Shown: positions 57,868-64,000 of the stretch, piece after piece
Layout of the letters: every line of letters begins with the position of its first letter
Numbering within the stretch: the stretch's first letter is position 1
Assembly: GCA_016706365.1 (NCBI GenBank)
Contig: JADJJU010000011.1
Location: 77,654-141,653 of the forward strand
Origin: Saprospiraceae bacterium
GTDB lineage: Bacteria; Bacteroidota; Bacteroidia; Chitinophagales; Saprospiraceae
Length of the DNA stretch: 64,000 bases
Direction of reading: 5' to 3'
The notes under the pieces: generated by a model
Databases searched by the model: none
What the model was told of the DNA's origin: nothing
Seen by the model: only the letters and a program-made list of their open reading frames with translations
Position numbers and translations under genes: made by a program

Positions 57868-59031
57868 TCACTGTCTGATTTCAGAAACGGAAGTACTCAG
57901 CGGAATAATATCCAGTTCACCATTTTCATTGAAAGGATTAGACCATTTTGGATCTGTATAAAGATTTTGTCCGCTTAGTGTTCGCATGAATGCCTCCAAA
58001 GCTTGCTTCTGAGCCTCAGTGAAATTCAATTGCTGACCTGCCCCCTGAGGACCTCTGAGTCTGGGATCCAGGCGGGGATTGGATGGCTGCGGGACTATAT
58101 TATTATAATGGTCTATCACTTCTCTGAAATTACGAAAATGACCGGTATGCATCATCGGACCATTGAGAATTCCATCAGGTCTGTAAAGATCTCTAAGGCT
58201 TGGAGATCGGGTATTGTTGAAGTCAGGACTCGTAGTTCCGGGGATAAATGCAATCACTCCGTTGTTTCCTGTATTGGGATCTATGTCAAATTCCGGTGCT
58301 CTGTGGCATCCCTGACAACCACCACCTCCCTGAGCCGGCGGAGCAAAAAACAACATTTTACCCTGATTTTCCTGAGGAGTGAAATTCGGGAAGGGCATAT
58401 TATTATTTCCGGTGAGCAATCTCCCTTCATCAAACCGGGAATCAAAAGATACAATACTTCTGACAAACTGGGACAATGCTTTCTGTATCCTGAGTTCCGA
58501 AATTTCTTCGTCTCCAAATGCATATTCAAATAACATTGGATAATAATCAACACCTTCCAGCCTCCTCAACAGAGAATCCATACCAGGATCTCCTGAAAAA
58601 CCACTGAATCCCATTTCCACATGATCCTGAATGGGCATAGTGGTTTGTATCTCCAGCGAAGCTGCCCGTCTATCCCAAAAAAATAAGGAATCATCCGCAA
58701 ATCTGATATTAGCCAAACGCATAGAATGTCTGCCGGTCAATTCTCCTTCAAGTCCCCTGCTGAAAACAGCAGTATCACCAAAAGCAAACTCCTGCTTGTG
58801 ACAAGATGCGCAGGAAATACTCCCGTTCCTCGATAATTGTTTGTCATAAAATAAAACTCTGCCTAAAGTAGCAGCGCGATCATCGATCCTGTTGCTTTCG
58901 GGAATATTGTCTTTAGTGATATATGCCGCAATATCAGGCTCAGAATAATTGTCAGGGGCATTCAGATTGATCAGGGCCAGGGAGGCAAAGCTCAGCAGAA
59001 TTAATAATATCAGAAGGGATTGGCGTTTCAT
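57868..59031 (-). CDS. di-haem cytochrome c peroxidase (CCP/MauG family)
   Basis: Two CxxCH sites (CASCHKQ, CQGCHRA); signal peptide from MKRQSLLILL (start 59031 preferred to 59103). Confidence 0.85.
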   Translation of the reverse strand: MKRQSLLILLILLSFASLALINLNAPDNYSEPDIAAYITKDNIPESNRIDDRAATLGRVLFYDKQLSRNGSISCASCHKQEFAFGDTAVFSRGLEGELTGRHSMRLANIRFADDSLFFWDRRAASLEIQTTMPIQDHVEMGFSGFSGDPGMDSLLRRLEGVDYYPMLFEYAFGDEEISELRIQKALSQFVRSIVSFDSRFDEGRLLTGNNNMPFPNFTPQENQGKMLFFAPPAQGGGGCQGCHRAPEFDIDPNTGNNGVIAFIPGTTSPDFNNTRSPSLRDLYRPDGILNGPMMHTGHFRNFREVIDHYNNIVPQPSNPRLDPRLRGPQGAGQQLNFTEAQKQALEAFMRTLSGQNLYTDPKWSNPFNENGELDIIPLSTSVSEIRQ

Positions 59032-59192
59032 GGAGTAAATATAGGAAAATTGAAGTCTGGGTAAATCAATCAGAAAATGATCTTGATCATCATTTAGTAT
59101 CATTTGATGTAATTTAGTCTCATGGGTTTAAGCTTTTCCAGAATTAATTTTCTTAAGAATTGAAGATTTATATTTCGCTGTCTATTTCCTAA

Positions 59193-59765
59193 TCATTTAA
59201 TAATAAATTCAGCATGAATATCAGAATTGTTCAAGTGGATAATCTCAAAATCTTGCTTAAGTTCGCTCTTGAATTTTTCACTAAACACAGTCTTATCTTT
59301 TTGATCAGAATAAGGATGCTTCTCATTTGCCATTTTAACATAAATAATTCCATCAGTTGTGAGTAAACTTTGACATTGTTTCAAAATATTAATAATCTGA
59401 TCATGTGGATAAAAATGAAGAATTTTAGAAAGAATGATCAGATCATAAGAGTTAGAAGTGAGACAAATAAAGGTTTTGATATCTTTTCGATTAGATATAA
59501 ATTGAGATTTACCTTCCTGCCTGCATTCAGCATCAGAATTATATTCTGAATTCAGATCAAAGTTTTTTGGAGTCTTATCTTCTTCCTCCCATAAATCAAT
59601 TCCTTCCATCAAATGAAAGCTCAAATCAGGGTCATCAAATAATCCAAATAAAAAATATCCTTTTGCACAGCCTAAATCGACTACAGACAAACCCTGCTGT
59701 TTGTGCAAGTACTTTTTAATCAATCTTATACTATCATAAGGTATTACGCTACTTTCTTCATCCAT
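59193..59765 (-). CDS. class I SAM-dependent methyltransferase
   Basis: 190 aa; motif I VVDLGCAKGYF; DLIILSKILHF. Confidence 0.7.
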   Translation of the reverse strand: MDEESSVIPYDSIRLIKKYLHKQQGLSVVDLGCAKGYFLFGLFDDPDLSFHLMEGIDLWEEEDKTPKNFDLNSEYNSDAECRQEGKSQFISNRKDIKTFICLTSNSYDLIILSKILHFYPHDQIINILKQCQSLLTTDGIIYVKMANEKHPYSDQKDKTVFSEKFKSELKQDFEIIHLNNSDIHAEFIIK

Positions 59766-59974
59766 AAGTTGTATTCATTTTTATTTAGGAATCTGTTGAA
59801 TTCATGAGGTGGGAAGGAAAGGATTTTTTTTGGTTTCTGACTATCTGGCCAAAGTCCCAAATGGAGATAAAGCTACGCTTCAACTGGAAGTTAAGATCGT
59901 AAAAGACTAAAATCACTTGCTGAAATCAATTTTCCATACGATATTTGAAATGAATACATTCAAATCAAACCATT

Positions 59975-60484
59975 ATGGAAAACAACTTTACCTACGACTG
60001 GACTCAATTTGTGATCCGTATTCCCGTCAATGCACCGGTTCAGGTAATCTATGATGCCTGGACCAGTCAGAACAAATTGGAAAACTGGTTTCTAAGAAAT
60101 GCAGTGTTTACTTCAGCTAATGCTCAGTTGCGAAATACAAACGAGCCTATTCAGGTGGGGGATACATATCAATGGCAATGGTTTGGCTGGAGTGATGATG
60201 TCACCGAGAAAGGAGAAATCCTGGAAGCGAACGGAAAAAATCAAATGAGTTTTGTGTTTGGAAAGGCAGGTATAGTTTCAGTGATTATCTATCCTGAAGG
60301 AGATCAGAGCATCGTAGAACTCAGTCAGAAAGACATCCCAACAGATGAAAAATCAAGAGTAAATTTCCATCTGGGCTGTTCCAACGGATGGACCTTTTAT
60401 TTGGCCAATCTCAAATCTCTCCTGGAAGGTGGACTTGATTTGCGGAACAAGAATGAGGACCTAAAAGGTGTACTGAATTCCTGA
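59975..60484 (+). CDS. SRPBCC (AHSA1-like) domain protein
   Basis: 169 aa; VIYDAWTSQNKLENWFL pattern. Confidence 0.7.
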   Translation: MENNFTYDWTQFVIRIPVNAPVQVIYDAWTSQNKLENWFLRNAVFTSANAQLRNTNEPIQVGDTYQWQWFGWSDDVTEKGEILEANGKNQMSFVFGKAGIVSVIIYPEGDQSIVELSQKDIPTDEKSRVNFHLGCSNGWTFYLANLKSLLEGGLDLRNKNEDLKGVLNS

Positions 60485-60532
60485 TTGCTAAAAACATTTT
60501 TATTCAAGATATAAAAAAACAAAACCTTTCCC

Positions 60533-61468
60533 TTACCAGCTCATTTTGCACCTGTAAATCATGGACTCTTTGCCATCGCTGTCGGTGACTAGTATTACTG
60601 TTAAATGTCGATCAGAATGGATGGTCTCGACTCCAATAGACTCGACTTTTACGGGTTTGCTACCAGTATTCAGCTGGATGGTCCTGATGGAAGATGTGAG
60701 GCGATCATCCTTTAATTTGATGGCTCCTGCGAAGCTCCCAAGAATGGCACCATCACTGGTGGAATTGTCATTCGATTCGACCGAGGCTGTGAAAATCAGG
60801 TAAGGGATGTAATTAACTGATGTTGCGCCTGAAAAACCTGCCCTTACACCATTGACAGATGGTAATTTGTAAGTGTGAGTTTCTATGGATGGGAGTGTCG
60901 ATCCGTCCAGTATATGTTCCAGAAATGCACTGTAATCCATCTCAAATATAAGGCTCGGAATTCTATTGAAAAGATACATTTTATTCTTGCGAATGGTGAC
61001 ACCTTCAATATTCAATTCCTTGCCTTCCAGTTCTTTTTGATTCCTGAGATGTTGATAAAATGAGGTCATTGAATAAGTCTCAACATTATTCGGATCTTCC
61101 GGATTGATCCGCACAAAAACATCGCGTTGAGGGGATTTAGATCCGGAGCCAAATATAAGAAGGATGCTGTCTCCCTGATTTTCAAGCGCTTCGAAATCCG
61201 GCTTAATATTTCCGGGTATCCGGAGAATACTTGTATCTGCCGGAAAAAACTGCCACTTTTTCTTCACATTAAACTGACTGTCCACCAGAAACATAAATGG
61301 GGTATCATCCCCGATTACAAAATATTTTCCACCATACATAGCCAATCCGGAAGCACTGGCCACGCCATTCAATTCAGAGGTATGAGTGATTTCAAGCACT
61401 TTATGATACCGGTGGCAGGAACTTAGAAAGAACAGAATGAAAAGGAAATAAAGAACTGTTCGGAACAT
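60533..61468 (-). CDS. hypothetical lipoprotein (beta-propeller/phytase-like fold suspected)
   Basis: 311 aa; lipobox LSSC; weak similarity pattern only. Confidence 0.5.
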   Translation of the reverse strand: MFRTVLYFLFILFFLSSCHRYHKVLEITHTSELNGVASASGLAMYGGKYFVIGDDTPFMFLVDSQFNVKKKWQFFPADTSILRIPGNIKPDFEALENQGDSILLIFGSGSKSPQRDVFVRINPEDPNNVETYSMTSFYQHLRNQKELEGKELNIEGVTIRKNKMYLFNRIPSLIFEMDYSAFLEHILDGSTLPSIETHTYKLPSVNGVRAGFSGATSVNYIPYLIFTASVESNDNSTSDGAILGSFAGAIKLKDDRLTSSIRTIQLNTGSKPVKVESIGVETIHSDRHLTVILVTDSDGKESMIYRCKMSW

Positions 61469-61499
61469 CAGAAAATGAATTTGCTGAATGGCAAAGATA

Positions 61500-61805
61500 G
61501 TAATAGTGATGATTTAAGGTTTCAGTTTTCAGGCGTCAGGTTTCAGATTTTAGATTGAACAGCCGCTTCTTTCCCAAAGCTTTGGGAACTAGCTCCTGGC
61601 TTAAACAGTCGCAAAACCGTTTAACCGATTGTCGGCTGTGTAACGGACTGTTTGTCGAGAGACAGGGCGTATGGCAATTCGCCCTTATATGCTTGCATCT
61701 ATCGGTTGTTTCCTTCTCAACGCCTCAACCTTTTAACGCCTTAACGAAACACCTCAACCACACACACACTCCCACCTCGATTAACCGATTACCCGATTAA
61801 CCGAT
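61500..61805. repeat. mosaic stuttered-word intergenic block
   Basis: GGTTTCAGTTTTCAGGCGTCAGGTTTCAG stutter; AACAGCC at 61558; 16-bp palindrome TCCCAAAGCTTTGGGA at 61572-61587; AACAGTC at 61604; TTAACCGATT word at 61621, about 61781 and about 61797; C/A-rich words. Confidence 0.8.
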
Positions 61806-61808
61806 TGT

Positions 61809-62420
61809 TCAAACACGTTGTGTTGACACCCAGCTCATCCAGATTTCCTGAGTAAGATAGAGGATCTTATTCTCCTGACAAACTTTAATGGTGTGTCCTG
61901 TACCACCGCCCAGTGGGTCTGTTGGATCTATGTAAAAGAAAGCAAAAGATACCGGATCCAGCGGAATGGATTTGGAGCCAATGATGGCCATCGTGTCCCG
62001 AAAAAGATAGGCTGCCTTCATGCCATTTCTATCTTTATGTCCATCCATGTATCGGTTGACAAGATTGGAATTCGCTTTGTTTGATCTGGTATAATATACG
62101 AGATCATCATCTGCTGCCAGGTCTACCTGATCCATTGAACACGACTGGGAATAAGGGTTTATATTCTTCTTGCGGTGATTTTCATATGGCAAAATAGATT
62201 CAAATCTGGAAGGATCGACACGACAAACTCCTTCTGAAAAAAGCGCATCAGATCCTTCTGCATTTCCGCTTCGGAATATGACATGAGGTAATTCTGTAGC
62301 CAGCAAAACACCGAGATGAGTTAGCTTTACTTTGTCTTGTTCGGGTACATTTCTTTTTCCGCCCAGAAAAATGCGGGAAGTGCTGATTGTGAGTTGGTCT
62401 TTAAAAGTTTGGAAATTCAT
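61809..62420 (-). CDS. hypothetical protein, possibly SLOG/DprA-LOG-like Rossmann fold
   Basis: 203 aa; RSGNAEGSDALF resembles the SLOG G-x-A-x-G-x-D loop and LGGGTGHT a distal Gly-rich loop; weak. Confidence 0.35.
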   Translation of the reverse strand: MNFQTFKDQLTISTSRIFLGGKRNVPEQDKVKLTHLGVLLATELPHVIFRSGNAEGSDALFSEGVCRVDPSRFESILPYENHRKKNINPYSQSCSMDQVDLAADDDLVYYTRSNKANSNLVNRYMDGHKDRNGMKAAYLFRDTMAIIGSKSIPLDPVSFAFFYIDPTDPLGGGTGHTIKVCQENKILYLTQEIWMSWVSTQRV

Positions 62421-62513
62421 GGTTGGGGGTGAAATTTAACCAGTAAAGATGGGAAAAAATGCGGAGCTGAAAGAAAAAAGGAAAAGGAAAAAGGAAAATC
62501 AAATCCGAAGACA

Positions 62514-63143
62514 CTAGAGGCTTTTTGACTTACTATTTATCGCCTTTAACTGTGGTAAATTCAAATGATATTTTACTGCAATCAAACGAAAGACAATCAC
62601 GGTCAACGCTGCAATCAACTCAGTAAACCCTCCGGGAAGATTTAAATAACTGCAAATAAAATAAATGACGCCACCTGCTACACAAGCGAGCGCATAAATG
62701 TCTTTTCGGAATAACAGTGGAACCTGATTGAGAAGCACATCTCTGACTACACCACCAACAGTTCCGGTAATCGTACCCATAATAATACAAACCCAAAAAG
62801 GAAGACCTGCATCCATACTTTTTGTAATTCCCACTACAGTAAATAAGCCAAGCCCTATAGTGTCAAATAAAAACAAGGTACTGCCTATTTTAAGCATTTT
62901 TTCTTTGAATAGCAGCACGGCAATCAGCGCAACTCCTGTTGTAATAAAGTACTTGCCATCCAATATCCAGAACGGAGTTACATCCAGCAACAAATCTCTT
63001 AATGTTCCTCCACCAATTGCGGTTACCAGCCCTAGAATATAAGCACCAAACCAGTCAATCTGCTTACCTGATGCGTGCCTGATACCGCTAACAGCGAAAG
63101 CAAATGTTCCCAGTAAATCTAAAAGTGTGGTGAAACGTCGCTT
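62514..63143 (-). CDS. UPF0126/TRIC-type (YadS-like) membrane protein lacking a canonical start codon
   Basis: Two UPF0126 repeats (GLVTAIGGGTLRDLL and GTITGTVGGVVRDVL); the frame is open to the in-frame TAA at 63144-63146, but there is no ATG/GTG/TTG before the conserved FTTLLDLLGTFAFAVSG; the track ORF starts at an internal Met (62993). Confidence 0.7.
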   Translation of the reverse strand, partial: KRRFTTLLDLLGTFAFAVSGIRHASGKQIDWFGAYILGLVTAIGGGTLRDLLLDVTPFWILDGKYFITTGVALIAVLLFKEKMLKIGSTLFLFDTIGLGLFTVVGITKSMDAGLPFWVCIIMGTITGTVGGVVRDVLLNQVPLLFRKDIYALACVAGGVIYFICSYLNLPGGFTELIAALTVIVFRLIAVKYHLNLPQLKAINSKSKSL

Positions 63144-63295
63144 TTATTGATTCGACCTTGCCAAAATTAATCAATTATTTGTTTTATGGCGGCCGCAGTA
63201 TGCCATTTATTCGGAAGGACTTGATCTCAAAAATAATGTTTATCAAATTGGTTCACCAACAGTTAATCGGATATTATGTCTTGTCCGGTTCCTTT

Positions 63296-63325
63296 GGGGG
63301 GGGGGGGGGGGCCCCCATCCCCCCC
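63296..63325. repeat. homopolymer tract G16-C5-AT-C7
   Basis: Read directly from the sequence; the only long G/C homopolymer in the window; a NotI site GCGGCCGC lies at 63189-63196. Confidence 0.9.
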
Positions 63326-63387
63326 TGCGTCTAATAGTTTATTTGATAATTTAGGTTTTGTCAATCCAAGCATATTCCCAAAAAAAA

Positions 63388-63418
63388 TTGACACTAATAA
63401 AAAAAGAAATTAACTTTG
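63388..63418 (+). promoter_or_regulatory. candidate Bacteroidota promoter (-33 TTG, 20-nt spacer, -7 TAACTTTG)
   Basis: TTG at 63388-63390 and TAACTTTG at 63411-63418, 35 nt upstream of the ATG at 63453. Confidence 0.4.
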
Positions 63419-63452
63419 AAGATCAACTGATTGTAAAATTAAATTATCAATT

Positions 63453-64000
63453 ATGAATACAAATGCGCTTGGGCTAATGGGTGTAGTATGTGTATTTTTT
63501 TTACTTCAATCATGCAGAGTCGCGAAAGATGACGAATGCAGAACGTTAGAAGTAAAAATTACACAAATCGGTTCTGATCAATTACAAGCAGTTGTTAAGA
63601 ACGGATTAGGTCCGTTTTCTTATAAATGGACCCATGGCCTTGGTGATTTTCCTTCAATTTCCGTAAGTGAATCAGGCGACTATTCTGTTACTGTTACTGA
63701 CCACGGAAATGCATGTACCAAAGATGCATCGTTTTCTTTCATAAAAGCCAGTGGAAATGGCTGCGGCTCTTCTAATGCGGTCATGGACGCTGAAAACAAT
63801 TTATATGATATTGTAACAATTGGAACTCAATGTTGGATGAAGTCTAATGTAGTCATCGAAGCTGGAATTCCAAAAGTTTCAGACGAAACTGAATGGAATT
63901 TTACTACAAATCCGGCCTGGTGTTATTACAACAATGATATTAACAATAGTCCAAAATATGGAAAACTGTACAACTGGTATGCTGCCAAATCGGGCAAATT
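63453..64000 (+). CDS. lipoprotein with SprB-like repeat and FISUMP (Fibrobacter succinogenes major paralogous) domain, partial
   Basis: Open to the window end; lipobox LQSC; GPFSYKWTHG; NLYDIVTIGTQCWMKSN ... KYGKLYNWYAA. Confidence 0.75.
   Translation, partial: MNTNALGLMGVVCVFFLLQSCRVAKDDECRTLEVKITQIGSDQLQAVVKNGLGPFSYKWTHGLGDFPSISVSESGDYSVTVTDHGNACTKDASFSFIKASGNGCGSSNAVMDAENNLYDIVTIGTQCWMKSNVVIEAGIPKVSDETEWNFTTNPAWCYYNNDINNSPKYGKLYNWYAAKSGK

Noticed and set aside
63189-63196. Firm call of vector or adaptor contamination from the NotI site plus the G/C homopolymers
   Set aside because: I do not recognise the flanking sequence as vector, and I cannot run a vector screen. It is kept as an open question in the findings rather than asserted.
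1-64000. Conventional mobile elements, prophage, defence islands, tRNA/rRNA genes
   Set aside because: I found no transposase, integrase, recombinase, reverse transcriptase, nuclease/helicase defence genes, phage structural genes or tRNA-like cloverleaf sequences in any frame. The repeats described here have no associated enzyme gene in this window.

Overview
This is an AT-rich chromosomal segment that looks like Bacteroidota. The evidence is at least 8 proteins with T9SS C-terminal sorting domains, SprB repeats, a FISUMP-type lipoprotein, TAnnTTTG -7 boxes and no Shine-Dalgarno signals; a Saprospiria/Cytophagia-like origin is only a guess. I found about 55 credible CDS. They include housekeeping and stress genes (secG, nhaA, pirin, ArsR+SRPBCC, bestrophin, PhyH dioxygenase, an ECF sigma factor, a LytS/LytTR pair and a TetR cassette). 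There are also many secreted T9SS cargo proteins: a tricorn-like S41 protease, a CRTAC1/FG-GAP protein, a di-haem peroxidase, a beta-helix protein, and a two-gene giant adhesin operon at 36402-46026 preceded by three large polytopic GT-C-like membrane proteins. I saw no rRNA, tRNA, CRISPR array, transposase, integrase or recognisable defence genes. The most unusual content is non-coding. Almost every long intergenic gap is a mosaic of related elements I do not recognise as a described family: (1) arrays of two-tier hairpins punctuated by ACATCAC(C), with compensatory stem substitutions between copies; (2) stuttered-word modules punctuated by AACAGCC, nearly all in + orientation and often starting at stop codons; (3) a 600-nt almost G-free tandem repeat; (4) a roughly 90-nt three-hairpin element found as inverted pairs. 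At least five ORFs are interrupted (four frameshifts and one in-frame TAA), and two of these breaks detach a T9SS sorting domain. A G16/C-rich tract with a NotI site lies next to a start-less gene near the right edge. Product calls come from motif recognition by eye, with no searches run. Coordinates of short motifs were counted manually.
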